Notes under the pieces: model-generated
Databases searched by the model: none
The model's input: the letters and a program-made list of their open reading frames with translations, nothing else
Told to the model about the DNA's origin: nothing
Shown: positions 48,113-60,900 of the stretch, in pieces
Numbering within the stretch: the first letter of the stretch is position 1
How the letters are laid out: each line of letters opens with the position of its first letter
Position numbers and translations under genes: made by a program
IMG/VR virus record: IMGVR_UViG_3300029288_000155
Length of the DNA stretch: 64,000 nt
Source of the DNA: an uncultured virus (IMG/VR IMGVR_UViG_3300029288_000155)
Lineage: Duplodnaviria; Heunggongvirae; Uroviricota; Caudoviricetes
Direction: 5' to 3' (one strand)

Positions 48113-48451
48113 TTAATTTTCCTTTTCTTCTAAAATATTTTCTATTATTTCTATAATCATTTTTTTGTTATTTAATCCGACTAATCTTTTTTTCATTTGT
48201 CCATTTTTAAAAAATATTAAGGTTGGAATATTAGATATATTATATTCCATTATTAAGCCTAAAGAATCTTCTACGTTCAGCTTTCCAATATTAATTTTAT
48301 CTGAAAACTTTTCTTTAATTTCTTTTAATACAGAAAATAATAATTTGCAGGGAGAACAACTATTAGAAAAGAAATCCAAGATAAAAATCTTATCATTATT
48401 TATATAGTCATTAATATTGGCATTTGTTATTTCGATTATATTTTCTTCCAT
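48113..48451 (-). CDS. Thioredoxin
   Basis: LDFFxxxCSPCK, IPTLIFFKNG. Confidence 0.88.
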   Translation of the reverse strand: MEENIIEITNANINDYINNDKIFILDFFSNSCSPCKLLFSVLKEIKEKFSDKINIGKLNVEDSLGLIMEYNISNIPTLIFFKNGQMKKRLVGLNNKKMIIEIIENILEEKEN

Positions 48452-48694
48452 TTTTATCCTACCTTTTTTAAAATTTTAATATATTTAATTAAATCTTTTA
48501 TACTGTCATCAATATCGATTTCTTTATCTATAAATCTATATGAATTTGGCCAAAGATAAGTGTATCCCACAAATTTTTTAAACTTGGATATATTTTTATC
48601 TAAGTCATCTATTAATATATTGTAATCTACTCCCTCTTTATGGGAGAAACAATTTGCTATATTGTTTATAAAATATTTCTAAATTAGTCCATTA

Positions 48695-50042
48695 TTATTC
48701 TCCTTCTATATCTAAAAATTCAATTCTATTTCTTTGCTTATAAAATAATCCATATTCTTCGTCATTTAATTTTCCAAAAACTGTGATTCCATAAGAATCA
48801 GAAAACTTAGGAAGTAAAATATTATCTATTTTTATTTTTATAATTTCATTAGTATTATTGTTTTTTAATATAGAATCAACTGTTTTTTTAAATATAAATT
48901 GGTTAGTTTTTATTCCCGTTTTATTTGGATTTTCTTTTGTATCCCCATATAATACAAATTCTTTTTTAAATTTATTTTTAATTGAAAAACTATTAAAAAT
49001 TAACTCATTAATAGTGTATGATGAATTTTCTAACATGCATTTTTTTTCTCTATCTTCTCTTAGGTATATCCAGAAATTAGATATGTCTATTTCCCAAAAA
49101 TCTTTTAATATCCTGTATCCAAAATCTTTCATATTAATCTTCTAAGTCTAAGTCTAAAAAATTGACTCTATTTTTTGTTTTTATTTTTTTTAATAATTTA
49201 TATTTAATATCATTTAATGACCCTGAAATTTTTATTTTATAGGAAGTAGAGGATTTTGATAATTGAGAAATAACAATATTATCTACTTTAATATTAATTA
49301 AATGTGTATTGGAACGATTTTGCAAAGTTGCTTCTGTAGAAATATAAAAATTAAAATGAGTTCTTGGATTATCGTGTATTTTTGGATTTTCAGTAGTTTC
49401 TCCTTCTAATACAAAAATTCCATTTGTTGGGTTTATAACTGTTATTTTTTTAAAGAACATACGCTTAATAGCATAGTTTAATATTTTATCTCCATTAAAT
49501 TGGTCCTTTACACTTAAAGAAGCTTCTGGAACTGTTAATTGCCAAGAATCATATAAGATTATTTGTTTAAAATTTATTTTTTCTATCATTAATTAATCTT
49601 CTAAGTCTAAAAGTTGAACTATATTTGTGTTATTTTCTTTTAATAATTTCGTTTCAGTTATTTGTCCATCAATTGTTATTTTATAAGAAAGACTATTATA
49701 ATCTCGATATTTTATTGGCATTAAAATGCTGTGTATATTTATATCAAAAATAATATTATCTTTATTACTATTAATAAGATTCGCATTAACTCTTTTAGAA
49801 AAAACAATACGGGGACTTATATCATATTTTACACGAGAATTATCTCCAGTTTCTCCTTTTAAATAAAAATACTGTTTTTCATTAGAATATATGTTAAGAT
49901 CATTAAAAACAATATTATATATAGTATAATCTATTTTATCATTTTCAGTATATCCATCATACATATCTTTTAATGGCAAATCTTTAATTATTAAATTCCA
50001 AGAATTTTTTAAAATTATATTTTTAAAATTTTTCATTTCCAT
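48695..50042 (-). CDS. Three tandem paralogous genes (48695..49132, 49134..49589, 49593..50042) ending (F/L)LD(L/I)(E/D)
   Basis: Shared ILxxxW, YxI, FxLxGxTxxN, IxGxL patterns. Confidence 0.78.
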
Positions 50043-50044
50043 AG

Positions 50045-50473
50045 TTAGTCTTCTAAATCTAAAAATTGAATTATATTTTTATTAGTTATAATTTTATTTG
50101 GATTTTGATTTAAGTGACCATCTATTTCTATTTTATAATAATTCTCTGATGTTATTGGAACCATAATATTTTTTATTTTTATATTAATAATAAGTTGGTT
50201 CTTATTATTTATTAAATTAGCATCAACTGCTTTAGGAAAATTCACATATGGATTAATATTATATATTGTATGCGATTCCTTAGTTATTTTTCCATCTAAA
50301 ATAAAATATCCAGTAGTTTAACTATATATACTTACTCTATTAAAAACTATATTAAGCATTGTATAGTTTGTTTCTTCATTATTAGAACCAGACTTATATA
50401 TATCACGTAGAGGCATTTTTGGAATTATTAAATCCCAAGAATCTTTTAAAATTATATTTTCAAAATCTTTCAT
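50045..50473 (-). pseudogene. Fourth paralog of the 48695-50042 family with an in-frame TAA
   Basis: MKDFENIILKDSW... from 50473 continues in frame to FLDLED*, interrupted by one TAA at 50318-50320. Confidence 0.8.
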
Positions 50474-51500
50474 TTTCCCAATCGTTTCATAATAGCATTA
50501 ACTGCTCTATATTCAAACTTCTTATATTCTTTTCCTATATTTGTCAAAATCCCTCCAAATTCATCCATATCAACTCTTGAATTTTTATCATTAAAATATA
50601 AGTTAATTTTATCTTTATCTATTTTTTCTTCCGCTATAAGTGCCTGAAGAGCCTTAATAGGAAGAAAAGTATTAATATAAATATCATGTATATATATAGT
50701 TCTATCAGTGTACTCATTTTTATCATATTTTTCTTCTTTTGTCAAAAATAAAATAAAATTTTCTGCATCATAGTCAGGAATAGATAAAACTTTTACATTT
50801 GATGGAATAGATGATTCTTGATTAATATATATTAGATTAATTTTTGTAGGCATTTTAATTTTTTCTTATAATTTTGCAACAAATTCTTTTAATTCTTCCA
50901 TTGTATTAAAATAAATATCTAAGGTGTTTAATTTGTCAATTAAAAGTATTTCTAGTCCTGAAAAAATAAAAATATTGTTACCACTTGGAATAATCATATT
51001 TTCTATTGCATCTTCAGAAGGTATTTTTTCATTTGGATTAGGAGAAAATTTTAATGGAAGTATCCTTGTTAGCGTGAATTCTTTTTTGTATCGACAGTCT
51101 TCAGTATATACTTTTGTTCCATCTGGAATATATTTTGCAAATAATGTTAATTTATAATTCCCCATTTTTAAATTCCTTTCTAATTTTCTTTAATAATTTT
51201 TTCTATTTTATCTTTAGTCTTTTTGATTTCTTTATTTATGTTAGTGTTTAAATAGTCTATTTCTTTATTTACATCTTTAATTAATTCGGATTTAGATTTT
51301 GAAGAATTATAATAAGTTGGAATTAAAGATGCAATATTAACATAGTCATAGTCTGAATTTTGTTGATCTTCAAATTCATCAAGAATATATAGAATTTCTT
51401 CTTGATTCTCAAGCATTCTATTTTGGTTTGAGATTAAAGTTAGAAAATATAGTAAAAAAAGAAAACAAGAAAAATATAAAAAGGCGTTGGAATTATTCAT
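50470..51500 (-). CDS. Three hypothetical genes (50470..50853, 50866..51165, 51180..51500; the last has an N-terminal TM helix)
   Basis: Co-oriented ORFs. Confidence 0.6.
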
Positions 51501-51545
51501 TTTAAAAGTCCTTAAAAATAGGGAAAAGAAACACAGACTAGATTT

Positions 51546-51574
51546 ATCTTATATAATATAAGACTAAATGTCAA
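51546..51574 (-). promoter_or_regulatory. Canonical sigma70-type promoter
   Basis: TTGACA-N17-TAAGAT. Confidence 0.72.
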
Positions 51575-51629
51575 GTTAAAAAATACATTATTGGTGGGAA
51601 AATGTGTTTCAATACTCAAATACTTATTT

Positions 51630-52544
51630 TTATAAATCATGTCGAAACAAATCTAGCTCATCTTCTTTTTGTATTCTTTCTTGTGCAATTTTACAATATT
51701 TTTCAGATATATCTATTCCTAAATAATTTCTATTTAATAAACTAGATACCAATGTAGTCGTTCCTACTCCATTAAAAGGATCTAAAACTATATCATTTTT
51801 ATAAGAAAATAACTTTAAAACTCTTTCTACTAATTTTTCAGGGAACATAGCAGGGTGATCAAATTTTTTCATATTTTTTTCTGGTCCAATAGCCCATTTA
51901 GCTAACACCCACTCTTTAAATTCATCCGCATTAATATCTATATTTTTAGAATTGCCATCATGTTTTAAGTCTCCTTTACAAAAAACTTCTATAAATTCCC
52001 ACGTATATTTCAAATATGGACTAGATGGACTTTTCCAGCTTCCCCACGATGTATACTTACAATTATAATTATTTTTTTCCCAAATAATTTCCCCTTTCCA
52101 TATAAGTTTTTTGTTCATGAAATAATTACTTATAATATGATGAATAGGAATGTAATCAGAAAATAAAGGTTGAATATTAATAATTATTCTTCCTCCAAAT
52201 TTTAGAACACGAATACATTCATCAAAAATAGAAAATAATTTAGCAAGATAGTCTCCCCAAAAATTAGAATCTATATATTTTTCATAATCAATTCCAAAAT
52301 TATATGGGGGAGAAGTAAAAATTAAATCAACAGTATTATTATTAATTCTTTTAAGAATATCTTTACTATCTCCACATATAATTTTATTTTTCATCTCATT
52401 TGGAAATTCTTCATTTTTCGTAGAAAAATTATGACCATCAGTATAAAAATATTTTATTCTTGTCTCTTCTTTACTATGTCTATTTTTAACTTTCCTTTCT
52501 TTATTTAGTTCTTCATTAGAAATATTTTTTTTATTTTTGCTCAT
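51630..52544 (-). CDS. Beta-class N4-C/N6-A DNA methyltransferase
   Basis: FTSPPY, HPAMFP, VLDPFNGVGTT, GIDIS. Confidence 0.92.
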   Translation of the reverse strand: MSKNKKNISNEELNKERKVKNRHSKEETRIKYFYTDGHNFSTKNEEFPNEMKNKIICGDSKDILKRINNNTVDLIFTSPPYNFGIDYEKYIDSNFWGDYLAKLFSIFDECIRVLKFGGRIIINIQPLFSDYIPIHHIISNYFMNKKLIWKGEIIWEKNNYNCKYTSWGSWKSPSSPYLKYTWEFIEVFCKGDLKHDGNSKNIDINADEFKEWVLAKWAIGPEKNMKKFDHPAMFPEKLVERVLKLFSYKNDIVLDPFNGVGTTTLVSSLLNRNYLGIDISEKYCKIAQERIQKEDELDLFRHDL

Positions 52545-52547
52545 TTT

Positions 52548-53438
52548 TTATTTTTGCTCAATATATTTTTTAAGATTACCTGATATCATATCGGAGAATT
52601 TATCAAAAACCTTTTTTGAAAATTCTTTGCGATAACTGGTATCGTGAATAGGGGCATAAGAGTTTCTTCTTCCCGGTAATAGGGAAACAATATTATTAGG
52701 AGATAGGGGGCATCCGTTCTTATTAATTTTATCTATTGTTAATAAATGATGGTGAACCGTTGGAGACCCTTCTCGTTTATCATCTAATATTGAAAAATTT
52801 CCACCTAATGCATTTTCGAACTGAACTAGACAACACTCAACCTCATTGTATTCTTCTTTCAAAAATGAAAATGTTTCAATAACCCGCGAAAACATAGCCA
52901 TATCACAATAAGCCTTAACCTCTACCCCCATCACTAAAACATTATCTATATAAACTCTGACATCAGTATCTAAATGAGTTTTCATTTTTTTATTTTTTTG
53001 AACCATTATTTTCTGTATTTGTTTCGGAGATTTTTGATAATATAGACTGTTTTTGATGTCCATTAAAGAAATAGGAGCAGTATATAAACGTTTTTCGCCA
53101 ATAACTAACCTAGTTGGGTCTTGAAATAAAATATACTCCCAATTGTATTTAATTACTGATTTGACTAAATCCTCAAAGCCACTTCCCTTAACTGATCTTT
53201 TTTTACCCTCAGAAATATGTGATGCCTTATTAAGAATAGTTTTATATGAACGCATTATTCTTAATTTTTCTTTATTTTTCATTTTATTAAAATTATAATC
53301 TTTAAAATTAAAATTACAATTTTTACACAAATGAATAGAAGAAAAGTTAAGAGAGCCACAATCAGGACACCGTTTTTGCCCAGATCCTGGATTCGAAAGT
53401 TTTTTTGTTTTTTGTTTAATTTTTTGATTTTGATTCAT
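52548..53438 (-). CDS. Putative restriction endonuclease-like PD-(D/E)xK protein with N-terminal zinc ribbon
   Basis: CPDC/CKNC; GSGFE helix; TDV...VEVKAY; adjacent to the MTase. Confidence 0.6.
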   Translation of the reverse strand: MNQNQKIKQKTKKLSNPGSGQKRCPDCGSLNFSSIHLCKNCNFNFKDYNFNKMKNKEKLRIMRSYKTILNKASHISEGKKRSVKGSGFEDLVKSVIKYNWEYILFQDPTRLVIGEKRLYTAPISLMDIKNSLYYQKSPKQIQKIMVQKNKKMKTHLDTDVRVYIDNVLVMGVEVKAYCDMAMFSRVIETFSFLKEEYNEVECCLVQFENALGGNFSILDDKREGSPTVHHHLLTIDKINKNGCPLSPNNIVSLLPGRRNSYAPIHDTSYRKEFSKKVFDKFSDMISGNLKKYIEQK

Positions 53439-53479
53439 TTTAAAAGTCCTTAAAAATAATTGTTAAAAATACATATCCC

Positions 53480-53508
53480 ACTATAACCCAATAATTAGAT
53501 ATTGTCAA
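53480..53508 (-). promoter_or_regulatory. Canonical sigma70-type promoter
   Basis: TTGACA-N17-TATAGT. Confidence 0.75.
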
Positions 53509-53813
53509 GAACATTTTACTATTGAAATTCTTTTTTATAAATATAAGTCATTATATTTTCTTTATTTATATTTTTTAATTTCTTATTTTTCAACTTTTTC
53601 ATTTATGTATGCTATAGGTTCGCGTTTTAAAAGTTAAGCTAAAAAATGTTATTTTTTCATAAAAATATAAGTCTTTCATCAATATAAAGAGATATTAATC
53701 TATTGAATCTTTCGCTAGAATATAACAAAGCACAATTCCCATTAGTATCCAAATTAAGGCGAATAACATATTCATTTCCTTTTAACCTTAAATTTTTTTA
53801 AAAAATATTTCTT

Positions 53814-54104
53814 CTACCAATCAATAGTCCCATTTTCAATAGATGCATATCCAAAAATACAAGCTACGGCTATATCTAATAATTCTTTTTATATCTCTGA
53901 TAATGGTTGATTTTGGTGGATTGCTCCCAATAATTCGATATTTGTTTCTTCAGCTATAATTCCATAGATTTCATGAGAGCTTTTAAAAGAGCCATATACT
54001 TTTTGATCTAATCTTTTTTTTAAACTATTATATAATTCATTCATTGCTTGTATAATTTTTACATCTGGCACTTCTGGCCTATCTGTTCCTATGCTTGAAC
54101 TCAT
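53814..54104 (-). pseudogene. MazG-like all-alpha NTP pyrophosphatase interrupted by an in-frame TAA
   Basis: SSHEIYGIIAEE...EL then EI*KELLDIAVACIFG; TAA at 53889-53891. Confidence 0.62.
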
Positions 54105-54106
54105 TA

Positions 54107-56162
54107 TTAATTCTCCTTATAGTCTTCTAATTTACAAAAATCTGGGATAGTTTTATAATCCAATTCGATATCTTTATATTTTTCTTCTAAATTTGGATAA
54201 TTACAGGTACGTTTTATTTCTATTGATTTATTTAATGTTAAAGAATTTTTAAAAGGGCATTGTCCACAACACTCAATTATTTGTGTTAGTTTTTTTCTCA
54301 TATTTTTCCTTATTTAAATAGGTGATAATATATTGCTATTGGACCATATAATATATGTTCAATAACATCTGAAGATCTTAAATGAAATAAATTATTTCTA
54401 ATATTTCCTATTAGTAGACCAATTAAACCTAATATTCCCCATAGAATTATTAATCCTAATATATATAATAATATCATAATCATTTTTTTATCTCATTTTG
54501 TTTATTATTTAATAATTTAATTTCTTTTTCAATACGTTTCACTATTTTTTTTCTTATTGCCATCGAAGCAGAATCAGATATATATCCATGCACATATAAC
54601 ATAGTGACAGAATGAGAAATATCATCATATACCTCAGGAAGTCCAGGGATTTGCTCTGACAATTTTTCTGAAAGTGCCCCAAATTCTATTTTCATTTTTA
54701 ATTTCTCCTATATATTTTTTAATATGTTCTAAGATCAATATGTGGATTTTGTTTTTCAATATCGAAACATTTATAAGACGGGATAGAATTATCTAAAAAA
54801 CAAATTATATTTTTTCTTCCATTAAGAATTCCATCTTGAGTAATAGAATAAAAGAAATAAAAAGTCTTATTAATTATAAGACAATTTTTTCTTAAAGAAG
54901 TCACATCAAAATCCATCATTTCGGCTATTTCTAAAAATTTATTTTTTAAATTTTCAGAACTTTTTATCGTATTTGACAATAAAATTATATCTGACATTGG
55001 TTTATTCTTTTCGATATTATCATCTTGAAAATCAGATAATATTAAAGCTTCGCAAATTAAAGAAAATGTTTCTCCCACTTGTTTAACTTTGTATTTATTT
55101 TCTAAAAAATTATGAAGATAATTGATAGAGTTTTCCGTTAAAGCCATTTAATTTATTCCTTTAAAAGATTGTTATTCTAATACTTGATTTGTTGAAATGT
55201 CTGAATTCATTAAAATTTGATCTGATTGCAAACATAATTTTTCGTATGCCTTTAAATCTTCTTCTAATTCTTTTATTTTTTCAGAGCTTGCCTTATTCTT
55301 TCTAGCATTTCCTAAAGCTTTAGCTTTTTGAAACAAAACTTGCATACTTGTTATTATTTTCATATTTTTCCTTTCTTTATTTTTTAACTATAAGTTGTGG
55401 TTAAATATATTCTATATTCGCATCTGTATTTAACTTGAAGTTTTTGAATAAATTCTTGTAAAATATTTTTTTTAATTTCAATATTATTCCAAAGAATTCC
55501 ACTTCCTTGCCCAAAAATTAAGTTTTTTTCTATAATAATATGTCCGTATTTAACAGGACAATATAATTTAGTTATATCAAATTTATCTTCTTTTTTAATA
55601 TATATAATATATTTATCCTCCCCAATTTCTATATCTTCATATAGCGTATATTCATCAGTTCTTTTATATAATGGGATATAATCATTTATAATTTTATTAT
55701 ATAATTCTTTTGAATCATCAATAGGAATAATTTCTGATAATAAATTAATATGTGGATCGGAGCTCATAATTTTTCCTTTTAATCTGTTCCATCTAAAGTA
55801 GCGTCTTTAATTTCTTCTTCAAAATTATCATTTTGTTTATATAGATGAAGATTTTTAAAATCTATTTTTTCTGCACATATTTTTTCAAAATTAACTTTTT
55901 CTAAATGAAGCCTATACCATACTTTATCTAAAATAAAGTCAAAAGATTTATCTTTAAAACTATTCAATTTATCAACTAAAGTATATAATATTTGCGCTTC
56001 TATTTTTTGTTTAAATATTATCTTTCGACTATCAGGGAACTTATTTTTATCTTTATCATAAATAATTAAGTATATATCATAGTTTTTTTCATTAACAAAA
56101 GGAATAATCATTTCCTCAGAACCTTCGTGAACAATATCAATGTTATTAATATTTATATCCAT
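54107..56162 (-). CDS. Run of small hypothetical genes (54107..54301, 54480..54695, 54719..55147, 55172..55363, 55384..55767, 55779..56162)
   Basis: Co-oriented ORFs with AGGA RBS; TTGACA at 56225-56230 on the minus strand. Confidence 0.6.
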
Positions 56163-56248
56163 TTTGAATCCTTTATTTTTAAAAAATTAAATCAAAATAT
56201 CTTATACCACACACTATATCTTCTTGTCAAGTTTTTTTTATTTTTTTA

Positions 56249-56277
56249 TTGACATTTTTTTTAAAAAGGGATAAACT
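56249..56277 (+). promoter_or_regulatory. Canonical sigma70-type promoter, back-to-back with a minus-strand one
   Basis: TTGACA-N17-TAAACT. Confidence 0.6.
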
Positions 56278-56415
56278 ACAAAAATAAACTAGATATTAAA
56301 CTTAAATTAAGGATTTTTGTATAAATTTAGCAAATATTTCATTAGAAGAAAAAATATAAAAGGAAAAATTAATAATATTTAAAATACAATAAAAATATTA
56401 ATAGGAATAAACAAA

Positions 56416-56676
56416 ATGAATAATAACAATTTTAATAATGACGAAGAAGAATTGGAAGAGATGGAAAAGGAAATTGAAGATCTATATGATAAGAGTATGG
56501 ATGACAAATTAAATGATGCAATCATCTTTTCTAATTTTTATGATATAGATGATGAAGAAAATGAAGATCCAGATTCCTGTATGCACGAAGATAAAGAATT
56601 TAATTTTAGTCCAAAAATAATAGACACAGAATTATTATCGGAAGAAGAAATAGAAGAATTATTAGGAGATAATTGA
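56416..56676 (+). CDS. Highly acidic small protein
   Basis: About 33 D/E versus 5 K in 86 aa; AGGA RBS. Confidence 0.7.
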   Translation: MNNNNFNNDEEELEEMEKEIEDLYDKSMDDKLNDAIIFSNFYDIDDEENEDPDSCMHEDKEFNFSPKIIDTELLSEEEIEELLGDN

Positions 56677-56680
56677 TTTT

Positions 56681-57535
56681 TTAAGGAAAAAATAAAAGTT
56701 GACCAGGAATATCTTTTAATCTATTTTCTTCATCAACCTCTTCTTTCGTTTTTAATTGAATAATATCATATGTATATTCTACTTTTGCGACAGTTGCTTG
56801 AAACTTTATTCCACATTCAATACATATAAAAGAATGATAATCCCCTTCTGTTTCTAGCCCATATGTAAAATTATCAAAATTCCCATTATTATCATATACT
56901 TCTGTTCCACAATTGGGACAGCATACACTTTCTTCCCACATTTTTTTTTCTCCTAATTTAAATTAAGTATTATTTTTTTTGCCATTTCTTCTAATTCTTT
57001 TTTTTCATAATCTGTTAAATTTTTAAAACTTTCCTTTGTTATTGTTATCCATTCTTCATCAAACATATGATTAGAAGAACATATATTTTCATTTTCGCTT
57101 TTATAAATAATAAAATTCTCATCTTCTTTTAATATATGAGATAAAGGATCATCTTTTTTTATTTCTACCATATAAGCATTTTCAAAATCCGTTAAATTTT
57201 TAAAAAATAACATATATATTAAACTAATAGCTTCTATAGGGATATCACTTAATGGATAAAACATTATCTATTTGTCCTTAAAAATTATCATTTTCGTTAA
57301 AAGGAGGATTTTGGTCATTAGATAGTTTATCTCTTAATTTTTTGCATAGTATTTCCAATCCTTTTTTCTCTCTTTCTAATGCTTCGCAATTAAAATTTTG
57401 ATAAGTCAGTTCTATTTTTAGATCTGAAATTTCATCCCTCATAGCCAAAATTATCTGATTTAAATAGGTATTTTCATCATATAATAATTTATTTTGTTCT
57501 TGTATATTTAGATTTTTTTCCTTTTTTTCTTCCAT
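56681..57535 (-). CDS. Three small genes (56681..56941 zinc ribbon, 56953..57264, 57278..57535 coiled coil)
   Basis: CPNC/CIEC in the first; co-oriented with RBS. Confidence 0.65.
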
Positions 57536-57667
57536 ATTAAAATTATCCTAAAAGTATTTTTAATTATTATATAGGTTTCCAAATCACTTTTCAACAGCAA
57601 ATAGAGGAAATATAGAAAAAAAGACGAAAATAAAGAATAAATAAAATTGTACTTTTAGGGAAAAAAA

Positions 57668-57979
57668 ATGGAAGATATTTCTGAATTTATATTAAAAATT
57701 AATACAGAAAACTATAGTGAATTAATTAATAATCGTATTTCTGATATATCAGAAAAATTTGATGATTTTATAGAATCTAAGAGAATTTTCTTAGAGAAAA
57801 AAATAGAAAAAAATAGCAATCCAAAATATACAGATCCTATTAATAAAAGTAATATAACATTTTATCAATATTATAAAAATCAATTAATTAAGTTAGAGAA
57901 CAATCCACAAAAATTAATAAATGAAGAAATAGAGAATTTAGAACAAATAAAACTAGAGAACACAGATAATGGCAATTGA
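57668..57979 (+). CDS. Hypothetical protein
   Basis: 103-aa ORF overlapping the next start. Confidence 0.6.
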   Translation: MEDISEFILKINTENYSELINNRISDISEKFDDFIESKRIFLEKKIEKNSNPKYTDPINKSNITFYQYYKNQLIKLENNPQKLINEEIENLEQIKLENTDNGN

Positions 57980-60900
57980 AATTAGAACATTATTACAACT
58001 GAATGACGTAAGAGATATCCTAAATGGTGAATATATTTTAATGAATAATATAGATGCATCATGGACAAAGCTTTCTAACGTAGAGGCTTTGCCTTTATTT
58101 GAAACAAGATTATGGAATGAAGGCGAATTTTGTAGAATAGAGTCTGATGACTCTTTGTATTGGAAAGTATATGAAGCAAATGAAGATACTATTGAAGATC
58201 CTAGAATATCTTCAAATTGGAACATTATATGGGAGATACTTAAAACAGATAATGAGGGGTGGGTTCCAATAGGAAGCAGTTTGACAAGATTTACAGGGGA
58301 ATTTGATTGTAATGAATTTATAATTAGTAAATTATATATAAATAATCCAACTATTGATTATGTTGGTTTTTTTGGGGCTACTTCAGATGCAAATATAAAA
58401 ATAAGATTTATAGATTCTTATATAACGGGAAAAGATAGAGTAGGAGGGATAGTTGGAGATAATGGTCATTCAAGCGGATCTGAAAGTAATATTTATGATA
58501 GTTATTTTTTAGGTGATATTCTTGGGAATCAATATGTCGGCGGAATATGTGGAAGGAATAACAGATATGGCAGAATAAGAGAAACTTTTTTTAAAGGAAC
58601 AGTTTCCTCATCTTCTATATATGTTGGAGGGTTTGTTGGATATAATTATAACGGTGGAGAGATAGAAAATTCTTACAATATAGGAGACATTATAGCATCT
58701 TCTTCTTATAGAGGTGGTTTTTGTGGAAGGCAAAGAAACGAAACAGGGGTAGAACCTCACATTATTAATTGTTTTTCTGTTCCAACAGGCGGAACTTCGT
58801 CCGGGGTAGCTGGTTTTTGCGAAATAAATAATGCCACAATTTTAAATTGTTTTTTTAATAATGATCTGGCTGAACTTACGATTGGGTCAGGAGGAACTTC
58901 TTTAACTTCTATTCAAATAAAGACATTAAATACTTTTACTGATGTAAATTGGGATTTTCCAAACATAATACTTTTAAATGAATGTTATGTTTTAAATCCA
59001 GAAGATGCAAATATAAATCATGTTTGGTATATTTTGTCCGAAAATTATCCTAAATTAATGTGGGAAAAAATTGAAATACCAAATTTGATTAATACAAATA
59101 TTTCTGAAAACATTATACAGTGTTCAGGTTTTTTAGTTGGGGATATATCATATAAATATAGTAAAAGTATAGACCAAAATAAAATTTTAGAGCAAAGTAT
59201 AGATGAAACGGAGCAATATCCTTATGGAACAGACATTGATATTAACGTATCTATGGGAAACAATATTAAAACATACTTTGCTTCTTATGAACGGAAAGGA
59301 TCCGGAGATGGAACATCAATATATAACTCATTTTTAATATCTGACTTTTGGAATATTTTTATTCCAGGTGACACTTTATTACTAGATGATGGAATATATA
59401 AAGGAAGTGAATCTATGATTACTCCTACTAATGGAGTAAAAGGGGATGAAAATTTTCCAACAGAAATTAAAGCTGTTAATGATGGAAGTGTTTTTATTAA
59501 TGGAGAAGGAGAGAATAAACCAATTTATCTAATAAATAATGATTGGTTCATTATAGAAGGAATTAACGTTTTTAATAGCAACGGATCAGTTGTAACACTA
59601 AGTAATTCTAGTAATAATAAGTTAAAAAGAATAATAGGATGGGATGCATATGATGGAAATACAAACATTTTTGGTGTGCATTCTAATAGTAACAATAATT
59701 TAATCGAAGATTGTGCTGGATTCGGAATTGCCAGAAAAATATTTAGCAATTCGCAAATGGGGAACTATTTAACATTAAGGAGATGTTTTGGAAGATGGGA
59801 GGGGAGTCACTATAATGGACCAAAAATGACCTTCACTATGGCATATAATAGCTATAATGCTATTTATGAAAATTGTATAGGAACATGGGATGCTTTTAGG
59901 ATGGATAAAAATTATTTATTAAAATGTTCAGATGAAAACACATACAGCAAATGTAATACCTTGTTTGAAAATTACGAAGTAGATCAGCCTTACGGAATTT
60001 TTTCACGAGATAGAAACGATGGAGATAAAGATGTAAATAGTTATCTTCTGGGATCTATAGCATATGTAAAAGATGGTCAAAAATGTGAGGGAATTCCATC
60101 TCTTATAAATATTTCTAGCTTAAATAAATTATATATTAAAAATTCAACCGCTTTTGCTTCAAATGAATTCATAGCTTTATATTTAAGTTCTTTTTTTAAG
60201 TGGGAAAAAAATAAAAGCTATACTCAAATAGGGGAAGAATCAAGTAGAGGAGTTATTCCAACTATTTATAATGGACATTATTATATTCCACTAACAACAG
60301 GAGTTACATCTGAAACTCAACCAATTTGGCCTGAAAATGGAGGAACTGTAGAAGATGGAGAGGTAATATGGAAAGATGCTGGAGAAATAGACTTATTAAT
60401 ACAAAACTTTAATATTTTTGGCACAAAAAATATAAGTAATTGGAATATAGAAAATTTAATAGAGGAAGGAGATATATATGCGGAAAATGAAGCTAACATA
60501 AATTTCCAATATATTGATGGAGTACAAACAAATGTCCCATTATGGCCTTGGCCTATGGATCAAAGAATTTATGATGCAATGACATTCGCGGGATATAGCA
60601 ATATAAATGGAGAAGATAAGAGAATTATTGTAACCTACGAAATAAAGTCTATATTTTTACAAAATATTCTATCCGATATTTATGAAAATATAATAAATAA
60701 TTATAATAATATTGTTTCTTATCCTTATAATAATCAAACCTACATATCTAATATAATGTTATATATGACAAATTTAACTACTTCCGATTATGATGATATT
60801 ATAAATATGTTTTTATTATTTTCTCAAACTTTTTCAGAAATGCAATCTGTATTAATCGCTTATAATTATTCTGACTATAATTTAGTTCCATCCGTTAGAG

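Noticed and set aside
50318..53891. Stop-codon reassignment suggested by two in-frame TAA codons
   Set aside because: TAA is the dominant true stop throughout, and gene density is high under code 11. Point mutations or read errors are more likely.
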